Source: Tubiluchus corallicola | Taxonomy: Eukaryota; Animalia; Priapulida | DNA: 43,595 nucleotides | Assembly (NCBI GenBank): GCA_030141605.1 | Contig: JAQGDQ010001379.1 | Span: forward strand, 1 to 43,595 | Direction of reading: 5' to 3' | Part shown: positions 24,581 to 37,550 of the stretch, one piece after another | Position numbering within the stretch: position 1 is the stretch's first letter | Layout: the number at the start of each line of letters is the position of its first letter | The notes under the pieces: generated by a model | Told to the model about the DNA's origin: nothing | Databases searched by the model: none | The model's input: the letters and a program-made list of their open reading frames with translations, nothing else | Program-made: the position numbers and the translations under genes

Positions 24581-25086
24581 AAATTTATCCAGAAGACTCC
24601 CTAATCGATAATTGATAATTAGTTTACGCTGAGAGTAATTTTTTAATACTAACTGGGTAAAGAGTTAAAATGTACAAATAAGTATAACATGTTTACACGA
24701 CAGCTCACAAAAACAAACATATTTACAGGTTTACAACGCATAGCGACATCACGTATTAATAGCAAGTTGCTTTTTAGTATGATATGGCGTTCCTCAAGGA
24801 TCTACTTTGGGTCCTAATAGTTTTTGCTGTGTGCTGACGTTTTTTTTGCTACGACTTCTCTTTTCTTACCCATTTTATAGGTTATAAAACCAATGCAAGA
24901 GAGCATAACATTAAATCTTGATTGGTTTTGTGGAGATTTATATGAAAATACTCGTTGAAATAAAACGAAAACAAAAATTGAATAAAATAAAACAGTGGAT
25001 TAAGTAAAGCTTTTAATTTAGCTAAATGATTATAAGTCTAACTAGAGTGTTATGAAAATAGTCTGGTGAGACTATATACAGTGAGA

Positions 25087-25398
<312 letters not shown>

Positions 25399-25790
25399 CG
25401 TGATCATAAATAACACAAATTTAAGAAGCGAGGCAGAAGGGAAGACCTTCTTCCTCCTAGCAAACTCGGATATCCGGAGCACGGATTACTCTTTCCCGAA
25501 CGCGTGAGAGGGGCGTGGCTTAAATCAACATTTTCTATGTCCACAGCGGCCCCTACGCAGATGCATCGTCAACCGACCAAGCCACGGTCTCATTCTGACT
25601 CCCTCTAGCGAGAAAAACCTCTGCAGATAAATGAACGCAAGGAAAAAGTACAATGCGCGGTGTAACAATATAGTTAATGTATAACAATGCTTCACAATGC
25701 AGTCAGACGTAATGTATATGCATGAGTCTGGGGTAATAACTCTACGTATTTTTTCAAAATTACATAAGCTTGGTATGACATACACATTTA

Positions 25791-26532
25791 GTTTAGTTTA
25801 AACATAATTTATTTAGGATTGGATCAGACAGTTCGAACAACATGATTTAGGATCCTCACCACAACAGACTTTATACACTATTTACAAGAACATCTACAGT
25901 AAGAATAAACTATACTTAGTTTTTAGTATACTTTAGTATAGCAAAGTTTTACTACAGTGACACATTAGACATTAGTAGAAAATGACGGTTAGTAAATATT
26001 AATGTACGAATATTTAAGACTGATGCATTTTATATCAGATAGAAACTACATGAAGCGTTTAGTACGTAATATAAAGTCATGTATACATTGGAATATTTTA
26101 CAGTTAGCAACATAGTTAAATTCATCTTTTCCGAATAATAACAACTTCAACAGATCATTATTTCCTAAGGCAGCTATATTAAGGTTTTCGGGCAGAAGTA
26201 TTGCATTTAATTTATCAAACATAACTACCCTAGCTAGTTGATACAATGGGCAGTGCAACAAAAAGTGTTCAACAGACTCAAATCGAAATCCACAGTTACA
26301 ATTCGGCAATACTGGATGACCGTTATTATCTTTACAGCCTTTAGAGAAGAGGTCATAGTTTAGCTGAGAAAATCCGATTCTCATGCGCGTATGATGCACT
26401 GAAATTGGAGGTTTACCAAATGAAAAATGTTTCTTACGCAACGAAAAACTTAAATGAGATTTGAGCTCTTGTTTGAATTGTGAAATAGATGTAATTTCAC
26501 GAATGTTCTGTGGTAAATTGTTCCACATGTTA
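25791..26532 (-). mobile_element. 5'-truncated non-LTR retrotransposon (CR1/L2-group-like) with 16-bp TSD
   Basis: ORF remnant 26046-26532 encodes WNNLP..FK..LK and a C-terminal CxCG..E...HFLLHC zinc motif typical of LINE ORF2 ends. A 3' UTR follows, ending in AATAAA and a (CTAAA)n tail. Identical ATGACATACACATTTA flanks it at 25775-25790 and 26533-26548. Confidence 0.9.
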
Positions 26533-26600
26533 ATGACATACACATTTATAGGCATGCAAGCATTTAAGCCAAGCAACATAGTTTTTTCGTTACCGCTAAC

Positions 26601-27130
26601 TTAAAGAAAGGCAGGACGATTTTTCATACACAATTTTCATGTATACGTTTCAAGTATACATTTTAACACAATTAACACTGCCAAACCATTTCTGATAGTT
26701 AAATAATAGATTAAAAAACTCAATTAACGGCGGGCGAGCTCAACTATTGACGACATCACAAACTAACATAATTTTCAACACCAAAGATATTCTACGAACG
26801 CGTTGCACGCGTTTACGAAAGCGAAAATTGAAGTACAGTGCTACTATAAGATATTCAGTGTGTAGTACTAAAACTAGGCAAGTTTTAAGATAAAAATTCC
26901 AATTTCTAATTTACAGTTGTGCTCACGTATGAGCTGTCGAACGTGTGTAGTTCATCAGAAACTAACACATCTGAACTGAGAGGTACAGCACCTGTTTTTG
27001 TGCAATGGTTTCCCAAATGCAGGCGCCGGTGCCAGTCTAACTAGCGAATAGCGAAATGTATGTAATAGCAAAGAACTAGTGGCGCGAACGTGAAATTGTG
27101 TTTGTGTCGTAATAAAAGTATGTTTCCTTT
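26601..27130 (+). mobile_element. Dispersed repeat family A, most complete copy (Kolobok-like non-autonomous DNA element)
   Basis: Aligns by eye to 1781-2013, 8938-9341, 15348-15463 and 39808-40210. The copies begin at a common TTAA|AG(G/A)AAG(A/G)CAG end and this copy ends TGTTTCCT|TTCA. TTAA TSD with RR..YY termini is the Kolobok signature; the superfamily call is inference. Confidence 0.65.
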
Positions 27131-27509
27131 CAATGTGTTAAAGAGTTGTTTCCACCTACAGTATAAGTTTTGAGATATATTTTAAAGTGTAATTTTCTTT
27201 ACAGTTTCTGCATAAGATTATTCTTCACTACAGATGACGACATAATAAAAACACGATCGCCCTCCCACGCTGACTGTTGAACGTTAAGATCAAATTAATA
27301 TTAGCGCAACGATATTTCAAATTAAATTATTACAATTATTTTAATTATGAAATAAGTTTGTTTGGCGTATGAATGATGCAATAAGTGAGTGAAAGTGAGT
27401 AATCAAGTTTTATACAGCGTTGCTGCCACCGCAAGCCCTGCCTCCAATCAATCATAATGCTATTTTAATATACCTCTATGTAAATTAAACATACACTGTG
27501 GTCGTTTCT

Positions 27510-27783
27510 TCTCCTCTTTTCCTTCTTCCTATCCCCAATCTTACTATTTTTTCCATTCCATCATGTCTAGTAACCCTAACCATTCTTTCATTCACTCATC
27601 CTTCCCTCTTTTCCTTCTTCCTATCCCTAATCTTACTGTTTTTTCCATTCCATCGTGTCTACTAACCCTAACCATTCTGTCATTCACTCATTCTCCCCTT
27701 CCTTCCTTCTTCCTATCCCTAATCTTACTATTTTTTCCATTCCATCATGTCTAATAAACCTAAGCGTTCTTTCATTCACTCAT
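27510..27783. repeat. ~92-bp pyrimidine-rich tandem repeat, 3 copies
   Basis: ttccttcttcctatccc(c/t)aatcttact recurs three times. Confidence 0.9.
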
Positions 27784-27959
27784 TTGTGCCACCCTAACAA
27801 GCCAAGCTTTCAAGGTGTCATACAGCAACTCTTTTATTTGGTTAATTTGACTTCATCAACGTTTGTTTACCTATACTGTTTCTTTTTTTCCAATAATATT
27901 GCATGTTGATGTATTGTATATGTATTGCTGGAGGGAAATAAATTGACTGATTGATTGAT

Positions 27960-28009
27960 TGAAACTATTGTAAATGTGTAATGTGAAATAAATGACTTAT
28001 GACTTATGA
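27960..28009 (+). mobile_element. Retroposon 3' tip with (ATGACTT)n tail
   Basis: tgaaactattgtaaatgtgtaatgtgaaataaatgacttatgactta is identical to 41222-41268. Confidence 0.6.
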
Positions 28010-28520
28010 CAATATTTTGCATAAAAATTCACACTATTTCGACTCAGAGGAACAAATTTTCGTTTAATTTATCAATCGCTCTAGCCCTGTGGTGTTGAAC
28101 TCTCCCTGCATGTTATGTTAATTAGCCAAGAAAATTCTGCCCAACTATGAACGATTGGATACAGATAATTAAAGGGATGGGTGCCGCCCGAGTTCGTGTG
28201 ATATGGGCCGGCATGACACGTCTCTCACACGAACTGTCACGAGCTGAGATTCGCCGCATATTTGCATGCATTAGTCCGCCAAGTCCACAGAGAATTGAGG
28301 AATGTCCAGGACCCTGCAGCGTGGAGTTCTGCTAGTCGGTCGGGTTTGATAATGCCCAATTCATTGAGTGTCAGTTGCTTAAACAAGAGCGCTCATCGAA
28401 TTTTAAACAGTCTGTCCCCCGGGAACGTTTAAGAAAACTTAGCGCTCAGATCCGCTGAATTGAAATTTCACAAAGGTCTTTGACGAATATGGATGTATGC
28501 ACTTCGTAAGGTAGTTTGCC

Positions 28521-28960
28521 ACGTTTGGGAAGAGGGAAAGATGTAAAAGCAACGTTTGGAAAGAGGGCAAGATGTAAAAGCAACGTTTGGAAAGAGGGCA
28601 AGATGTAAAAGCAACGTTTGGAAAGAGGGCAAGATGTAAAAGCAACGTTTGGAAAGAGGGCAAGATATAAAAGCAACGTTTGGAAAGAGGGCAAGATGTA
28701 AAAGCAACGTTTGGAAAGAGGGCAAGATGTAAAAGCAACGTTTGGAAAGAGGGCAAGATGTAAAAGCAACGTTTGGAAAGAGGGCAAGATGTAAAAGCAA
28801 CGTTTGGAAAGAGGGCAAGATATAAAAGCAACGTTTAGAAAGAGGGCAAGATATAAAAGCAACGTTTGGAAAAAGGGCAAGATATAAAAGCAACATCTGG
28901 AAAGAGGGCAAGATATAGAAGCAACGTTTGGAAAGAGGGCAAGATATAAAAGCAACGTTT
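28521..28960. repeat. 31-bp minisatellite, about 14 copies
   Basis: Unit aaagcaacgtttggaaagagggcaagat(g/a)ta. Confidence 0.95.
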
Positions 28961-29215
28961 AAAAAGAGATCTAATTTGTAAAATGACTTGCCAATCCAAG
29001 CATGAAAAGCAGAGAATATTTGAAAAGCTAAACAAATAAAATTTAAACCAAGCAAGAACAGTGACAATTGACAATATTTAAATAAATAAATAAATATTAA
29101 AAAAAGGAAGAATAATTAAACGCCACAACGATTCTTTTCCGAGTGATAAAAAAGACGAAAAAAAGGAAAAATAATAATAGAACTAGTAAAATTTTTTTGA
29201 CAGTTTTTTGTTTAC

Positions 29216-29722
29216 ATTATTATTACGTGAAAAGGATATCATATTATTATTACATGAAAAGAATATCATATTATTATTACATGAAAAGAATATATTATTA
29301 TTACATGAAAAGGATATGATATTATTATTATTATGTGAAAAGGTCATCATATTATTATTACATGAAAAGAATATCATATTATTATTACATGAAAAGGATA
29401 TCATATTATTATTACATGAAAAGGATATCATATTATTATTACATGAAAAGGATGTGATATTATTATTACATGAAAAGAATATCATGTTATTATTACATGA
29501 AAAGGATATCATATTATTATTACATGAAAAGGATATGATATTATTATTACATGAAAGGATATCATATTATTATTACATGAAATGAATATCATATTATTAT
29601 TACATGAAAAGAATATCATATTATTATTATATGAAAAGGATATGATATTATTATTACATGAAAAGAATATCATGTTATTATTACATGAAAATGATATTAT
29701 ATTACATTTTATTACATGAAAA
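29216..29722. repeat. 27-bp minisatellite
   Basis: Unit atattattattacatgaaaag(g/a)atatc. Confidence 0.95.
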
Positions 29723-30127
29723 ATATAAAATAACTTGCCAATCCAGACATGAAAAGCAGAGAATATTTCGAAAACGAATTAAAAAATCCAAAAATAAAAA
29801 AAAACTGGGAAAAGGAAGAAAGGGCACAACCTTCCGAACTAAGTTTGTACTCCGTTGAACAAAAAAAAGACAAAAAAGAGAATAAAATCATGAGGAAATA
29901 TTAGAACTACTAGACAATTTTTTGAGAAGTTTCTTTATATCATTAATACATAAAAAAGATATCACACACAGAAAAGGATGCAAGAATGATTAATAATTGT
30001 AGATTTTAATGTAGATTTAACAGACGTTATTTGCTTTCATCCGTCTTCTGACTGTTTATACACAAAAATAAAATGTATATGTGTTTTGTACAGTACAGTT
30101 TGTGTACATTTATTGCAATAAATAATA

Positions 30128-30638
30128 TTATTATATTATGTTATGTTATGTTATGTTATGTTATGTTATGTTATGTTATGTTATGTTATGTTATGTTATG
30201 TTATGTTATGTTATGTTATGTTATGTTATGTTATGTTATGTTATGTTATGTTATGTTATGTTATGTTATGTTATGTTATGTTATGTTATGTTATGTTATG
30301 TTATGTTATGTTATATTATATTATATTATATTATATTATATTATATTATATTATATTATATTATATTATATTATATTATATTATATTATATTATATTATA
30401 TTATATTATATTATATTATATTATATTATATTATATTATATATTATATTATATTATATTATATTATATTATATTATATTATATTATATTATATTATATTA
30501 TATTATATTATATTATATTATATTATATTATATTATATTATATTATAGTATATTATATTATATTATATTATATTATATTATATTATATTATATTATATTA
30601 TATTATATTATATTATATTATATTATATTATATTATAT
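30128..30638. repeat. (TTATG)n then (TTATA)n pentanucleotide tract
   Basis: Direct reading. Confidence 0.95.
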
Positions 30639-31375
30639 AGAACGTAGAAAATATAGAAGCCCAGCAGTTAAGAACACAGTTGAGTAAAACATAAGTATAA
30701 AATCACTACCCACAGTCATTGAACAAAACAGAAACTAATGAACTGTCACTTTGTTCTGTGATTGTGGCTTGTGAGTTTATACACCCCTGTTTATTCCCTG
30801 AATTTTTGTCTGACTGGTGCCTGTGTCCTTTTCAGTGTGATATCCATCTCAAATAATAATAATAATAATATAAACAAGAAACTTTAGAAGTTATATTATT
30901 ATTTTTTTATTTTTTCGCCCATTTTATGTGTAAACTTCATTTATTTTGAGTGAATTTACAACACAGTAACTAATACTGATCACCTCATTGCCATTATGTG
31001 CAGTGATGAAATATACAATTGGTTAAGCTAGAGCATGTGATGACTCAAAATAGTTAATTTAAAAATACGACTAGTTCATTAGGAAATACTCAATTAAAAA
31101 AATTATCACCCAGAAAAGAACTACAGTGGCAGTTCGTATCGTTGTGGCCCTTCTTTAGTTTTTTGTTATTATTTTTATTTTTTATTTGTTTATTTATTTT
31201 TTGTCAACTGTCGCTGCTCTTGCCTTTAAAAATGTATCTATTTGTTAGAGAAACCTTCAGAAATGGTGAGGTTAGCGAAGAAGAATCGTTTAGCAATTTT
31301 CTTGACGTTGGAAGATTGTCATCGAGCCAGCTGATACACTACAGACCTCTGGAAAGGCCTGTGAAATAACCACAT

Positions 31376-31475
31376 CACACACACACACACACGCACGCAC
31401 GCACGCACACACACACAAATGCACGCGCACACACACACACGCACGCACGCACGCACGCACACACACACAAATGCA

Positions 31476-31513
<38 letters not shown>

Positions 31514-31556
31514 CACAAATTCACGCACGCACGCACACGCACATACACACACACAT
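31376..31556. repeat. (CA)n/(CACG)n microsatellite
   Basis: Direct reading. Confidence 0.95.
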
Positions 31557-32370
31557 ATCCTCGTCACATACCCAATGTTTATAAAAGTTTCAGGGAAGAA
31601 AAGCTAAAACAAAACAGCTCGAAAATCGTGTGTGAATTAGTTCACGTTTTTAAAAATTCTATTGGTGTCTGAAGAGAAAAGAATCTTCAAATATTGTTTA
31701 CAAAACAAATTTACCAAAAAAATACACGCAAATTGGAAATTAGAAAGACTGCATAGGAATAGTAGTTCTTTTGTTACTGAATTCCCACCCGGAGTTTTTT
31801 TTTAATTTTCACAATATATGCGTCTTCACAAAATTTCACATATAAATTTCACAAGTTATTGCATAAATTTCACCACATCGCATGGAAAAAGCAAATAAAT
31901 GCAGAAAAAACGTGATAAAATTATTTTTTGCGTGCAGTCATTTATCAGACGTATTATCAAGTCACCATGAGTGTCGAAAGGTAATTTTGATCTCTTCTTT
32001 CGATTTCTAATAACTTCCTAGTTCACAATCGCCTCCTTCTTCTACTTATTATTTGTATGTAAACTGCAATTACCACATAAATCTAATCATAATTACAGGG
32101 CAGGCGCGTTGACACACCTTCAATTCTAGTGACAGGCAGCAAAATTACTGATTGTCCAGATTAACTCGAGCTCGTTATCTGCCTGTTTGCATGCAATCCA
32201 GGTGATAAGAGGCACAGAGAGATACCTGTTTATGAGAGGTGACCATCTTACGTGAGGTCTTCTCGCATAATCTGGTTATGCAATGTTGCAATGTACATTA
32301 ATTCACGGAGGCAAAGTCTCTGCAAAGAGGGGATGGAACGTCAGGCCATAAGACCAGTGACAATTTAAGT

Positions 32371-32436
32371 AATTGTGGCACGCCGCAAGGATCACCTCTA
32401 GAGCCTATTCTGTTTGTCACAACCATAAATTACTTA
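32371..32436 (+). mobile_element. Non-LTR RT relic
   Basis: Reads NCGTPQGSPLEPILFVTTINYL, a degenerate CGVPQGSxLGPxLFxxxIND. Confidence 0.55.
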
Positions 32437-32581
32437 TTGAAAAGATGAGATTTAACATCTGCAAGCTGCCAGGAATTATTAATAATAATCACAAGTAATT
32501 AGTTTTATTATTACTCATTTCTATTTCTTTTTTAAAGAAATTTGGTTCAGTAAGAACTGAAAAAACTGGCAATAACGGATT

Positions 32582-32884
32582 TTGTTATACGGATGCGAAA
32601 TTAGGGGTACATCAAACAATGAAGTTAATGCCATTAGGGTAAAATGGAACACTTCTTATAGAAAAATATTCGATTTTAGACAAAATGAAAGCGTCAAATT
32701 GTTAATGTATTTTTGTGGCACAATGCCTGCGAATTATTTAATAGATAGTCGAAAATTAAAGTTTGTGAGAAAAATTGTAAACTCTTGCACATTGAGAATT
32801 CCAAAGCTATGCTATTATGTAAATAACAGTCAGGTAAATTTAAAATTTAAATATGGTTGTACTGTAGATCTAAAGAAAATGTAA
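32582..32884 (+). mobile_element. Non-LTR retrotransposon ORF2 C-terminal relic
   Basis: LYGCEI...WNTSYRKIF...ESVK...FCG..P..YLID.RKL resembles the post-RT (LLYGxExW) region of LINE ORF2. Confidence 0.6.
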
Positions 32885-33504
32885 AATTAAAGGTTAAGAA
32901 CTCATTTAAACATTATGTTTTAAGATACCTATTATAGCTCCTTACAACAGTGTATAATGTAATATAATTACAAGGGAACAACATTGTGTGGTTATTATAA
33001 AGTTGAATGTCTGTAGATATGTTACTTTACTAACATCGCATTACCTGTTTTACTAACATCTTTATCTTTGTAAACTGTATGTTTTTATATGAAATAAAAA
33101 CAGTCACTGTGCTTGGTATAGGATTTACAAATGTTTTTCGTACATGTCTATACAATGCAAGTTATCACCAAAAATATTTTGTACAACAAATTCTTATGCT
33201 GTTTGTGATTATGTTTATTCAGCTTTCTAAGCAACCACGACGAAAACTCAAACAACAACAGCAACAGCAGCAACAACAAATATGAGGAATTTTGTCCATC
33301 ATTATGTCGGCGTCATTTTCTAAAATAACTCCCGTGAACCACTTATTTGCAGTAGATCAGTCACTCTTTCATAATTAAGCTGAATCAGTCAAGTGACAGG
33401 CATACGAGACTAAATGGCAACTGGTGTAATTTCACGGGACAGTCAGTCCAGTCCTTGGTATAATGCAGACAAGATTTTTCCCTTTTTCATTTTTGAAAGT
33501 CAAG

Positions 33505-34322
33505 AAAAAAGATAAATTCATGGAAAAATATAACAAACGAAAAGAAAATTCATTTAGCATGTTGAGTTTATATTACTACTATCATTTAAACTTAAAAAAA
33601 CAAAAAAGACAAATTCATTTAGCGTGGTGGGTTTATAGTACTACTATCGTTTAAACGTAGAAAAATATAACAAAAAATGATAAATTCATAAATTCATTTA
33701 GCATGGTGGGTTTATAGTACTACTATCATTTAAACTTGGAAAAATATAACAAAAAATGACAAATCCATTTAGCATGTTGGGTTTATAGTACTACTATCGT
33801 TTAAACTTAGAAAAATATAACAAAAAAAGACAAATCCATTTAGCATGTTGGGTTTATAGTACTACTATCATTTAAACTTGGAAAAATATAACAAAAAATG
33901 ACAAATTCATTTAGCATGGTGGGTTTATATTACTACTATCGTTTAAACTTAGAAAAATATAACAAAGAATGACAAATCCCTTTAGCATGTTGGGTTTATA
34001 GTACTACTATCGTTTAAACTTAGAAAAATATAACAAAAAAGACAAATCCATTTAGCATGTTGGGTTTATAGTACTACTATCATTTAAACTTAGAAAAATA
34101 TAACAAAAAATGACAAATTCATTTAGCATGGTGGGTTTATATTACTACTGCCATTTAAACTTAGAAAAATGTAACAAAACAGACAAATCCATTTAGCATT
34201 TTGCGTTTATATTACTACTATCATTTAAATTTAGAAAAATATAACAATAGAAAAGACAAATTCATTTAACATGTTGGGTTTATATTACTACTAGCACTTG
34301 AACTTTGAAAAAATATAACAAA
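33505..34322. repeat. ~71-bp satellite, about 11 copies
   Basis: Unit aaat(t/c)catttagcatg(t/g)tgggtttatagtactactatc(a/g)tttaaacttagaaaaatataacaaaaaatgac. Confidence 0.95.
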
Positions 34323-34463
34323 GTAATTATCAAAAAACCTGTCTAAGCATAAAGTTAATTTATACTACTGCTGTATAGAAATTCACTTGAAAATTATGAC
34401 GTAACTGGTAGACTTCGTGATTTTTCGTAACTGCATCGTGGCATCCGGGAGAGTGTTGATTAA

Positions 34464-34913
34464 CCCTTTCAGTCCCAAATTATTTTTCTTATAAGAAATT
34501 TTTTTTTGGCTTGGTACTTTTGTTCAGTATGTCCATCTTGTTTACACATAATTATTTTTTTCTACCTGTGCCCGCGTGCTAAATATAGCCTGTATCCCAC
34601 GGGATACATTGGGATTCAATGGAAGCATAAAATGTTCTTCATTTTGCAACTGCTGATAATTTTTTAAAGTATTTAAGACATTTAGTATGCAGGCTATGCT
34701 GATCTGTACAAAGTCGTCTCTAAAGTACTGTACCTTGCGCAGTTTTTTATGCTATGTAGATTTTCTAGTTTGCCATTTTATCACCATTTTTAGTCTATTG
34801 TTATTGGCTTAAATCAAAATAACTATTAATAGATCAAATAACTCTCAGTTATTATTAATTTTAAAGGCAGAAAACATTCTCGTATCCCACGGGATACAAC
34901 GGGTCTGAAAGGG
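34464..34913. mobile_element. piggyBac-type non-autonomous MITE, copy 1 (450 bp)
   Basis: TTAA|CCCTTTCAG ... CTGAAAGGG|TTAA: TTAA TSD and CCC/GGG termini. Internal palindrome GTATCCC-AC-GGGATAC occurs twice. No ORF. Confidence 0.85.
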
Positions 34914-35865
34914 TTAAACTAATTCAACCTTAAACCTTACCTAATGTTCACGCAAAAATATCACAAAATCACCTTTCTATTTTTTTGTAAAAACTTATTA
35001 TATTTTTGACAGAAATGACCAGAAAGAGCTTAATTACAATTAACCTACAGAAAGGCAGTTCAAACATTTTAAAAACTACGCAATTGAAGCCACGACAAAG
35101 CGCACGCATTAAGCGTTATTATTAATTACTTTAATTGGACTTAATTAAGATTCGGAGGCAGCGTAGCGTATCATGCCTAACTGTGAATTAGACCTCATCT
35201 GTGCTAATGGCATTATCTTAATTTCATTAACATTTCGTCAGTAAGTCTTCCACACAGAGCTGCCGATGACTAATGAGTCAGTATGCGTGCTTCTCTGCGT
35301 GCGTGCGTGCTTCTCTGCGTGCGTGCGTGCGTGCGTGCTTCTTTGCAAGGCCATCAAACTAACAAGAAAGCGAAGTGATTATCAATAAATCGAGGAACGA
35401 AGCACAAATAAATAGGCAGGACAACCAACCGACCAAACGATTGACTAAGCAAACGAAGGAAAACGCGAAAAAATGGGCAAATAAACAAGAGAATAATATA
35501 AAAAAAATCTTCATCAAATGGATGAAACAGTCAAACGAAAGAAAAACGAACGAAAGAACGAACGAATGAACGAACGAGCAAAAGAGAGAAGAAAAAAATG
35601 AAAGAAATAATAAACGAACGGATGAACGAACAAACGAACAAACAAACAAGCATGCAAGCAAGCAGATAAAGCAAGAGACAAGCAAAAAAAGAAAGAAATT
35701 ATACTTACGTGGAGAAAATCTTGATAAAACGATAACAAAGTAACTCAAGAAAAATAATGACAGCAAAAAAAGAAACAGCAGTTTCTGCAGCCTCCCAAAC
35801 AAGCTTTGCATCTTCCAAACGAATTTAAAATTAGCCATCAATATCATGATTACGTTTTCTCTTAA

Positions 35866-36323
35866 CCCTTTCAGTCCCAAATTATTTTTTTAATAACAAA
35901 AAATGTTTTGGCTTGGTACTTTTGTTCAGTATGTCCATCTTGTTTACACATAACAATTATTTTTCTACCTGTGCTCGCGTGCGAAATATAGCCTGTATCC
36001 CACGGGATACATTGGGATTCAATGGAAGCATAAAATGTGCTTCATTTTGCAACTGTTGATAATTTATTAAAGTATTTAAGACATTTAGTATGCATGGTAT
36101 ACTGATCTGTACAAAGTCGTCTCTAAAGTACTGTACTTTGAGCAGTTTTTTATGCTATGTAGATTTTCTAGTTTGCCATTTTATCACCATTTTTAGTCTA
36201 TTGTTATTGGCTTGAATCACAATAACTATTAACAGATCAAATAACTGTCAGTTTTAAAATTTTATTAATTTTAAAGGCAGAAAATATTCTCGTATCCCAC
36301 GGGATACAACAGGTATGAAAGGG
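35866..36323. mobile_element. piggyBac-type non-autonomous MITE, copy 2 (458 bp)
   Basis: TTAA|CCCTTTCAG ... ATGAAAGGG|TTAA. Highly similar to 34464-34913 over its full length, same orientation. Confidence 0.85.
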
Positions 36324-36771
36324 TTAACCATTAACAGTTGGGCGAGTTAAACGATTTTGCAGTAACTAAACTGCTCAAAATTTAGTTTTATAATTTGGTA
36401 AATAATACAGCCTGTTCACTGCTGCCTCTGGCTTCAATTAATTATGTAGTCAAGTTACACATTGTATAATAAAAGTAAATGGCTTCCTATTATCTAATCA
36501 AAAAAGCAAGTCGGGCAGACGTTTTGCAAGCATTAGGTTGGCAAGTCATCAAGAAGATTTGATAAAGTGAACATCATTAGTGTGAGTATGCCTGAGGAAT
36601 TGTAATACAAACGACGAGGAGGGTCTAAGAGAAGACTTCAGACTCGGAGAGAATCAGAGAGAGAGCTCTTAAGAAGTCAGTTTGGAACGATGACGAACGG
36701 CGGCAGCAACAGCAGTGAGCGAAACAAGAATAACAGCATCCTTATTATTACTGGTCATTTTCGTCATATTT

Positions 36772-36796
36772 ATCATCATCATCGTCATCGTCGTCG

Positions 36797-36830
<34 letters not shown>

Positions 36831-36863
36831 AATCGATCATCATCATCATCATCATCAACATCG

Positions 36864-36894
<31 letters not shown>

Positions 36895-36947
36895 TAATGA
36901 TTATCATCATCTTCGTCATCATTAGTCATCATCATCATTATCATTAG

Positions 36948-36999
<52 letters not shown>

Positions 37000-37002
37000 T
37001 AG

Positions 37003-37039
<37 letters not shown>

Positions 37040-37042
37040 TAG

Positions 37043-37086
<44 letters not shown>

Positions 37087-37215
37087 TTCATCATTAACCA
37101 TCATCATTAATCATCATCTTCATCATCATCATCGATCAGCATCATCATCATTATCAACAACAACAATGACGACGGCGACAACAACAACAACAACAACAAC
37201 AACAACAGCACAACA
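36772..37215. repeat. (CAT)n then (AAC)n microsatellite
   Basis: Direct reading. Confidence 0.95.
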
Positions 37216-37231
37216 GAATAATTTTCATCAA

Positions 37232-37550
37232 TAGCAATAGCAGCAGCAACAGCAACAGCAGGATCAAATCACATATCACAGTACAACACTATTAAGAGTA
37301 ACAGTGACAATTGTTAGAGTAGCAGGTATAAGAGCTGCTTGAAAAAGCAGAAACAGCTACAGTGATAGCAACAGCAGCAATAGCAACAACAACAGCAACA
37401 GCAACAGCAAGATCATATCACACATCATACTACAACAGTATTAACAGTAACAGTGACAATTGTTAGAGTAGTAGATAGTAGCAGGTATAAGAGCTGCTTG
37501 AAAAACAGCAGCAGCAGTAGCAGAAACAGCTACAGTGGTAGCAACAGCAG
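37232..37550. repeat. ~150-bp diverged tandem duplication with CAG/CAA runs
   Basis: gtaacagtgacaattgttagagtag...caggtataagagctgcttgaaaaa occurs twice. Confidence 0.85.

Noticed and set aside
28439-30687. Repetitive ORFs over the 31-bp, 27-bp and pentamer arrays
   Set aside because: Open in multiple frames only because the units lack stops.
35359-35880. 173-aa hydrophobic ORF (also 461-724)
   Set aside because: Reverse strand of purine-rich (GAAC/CAAA/GAAA) low-complexity DNA; not a credible membrane protein.
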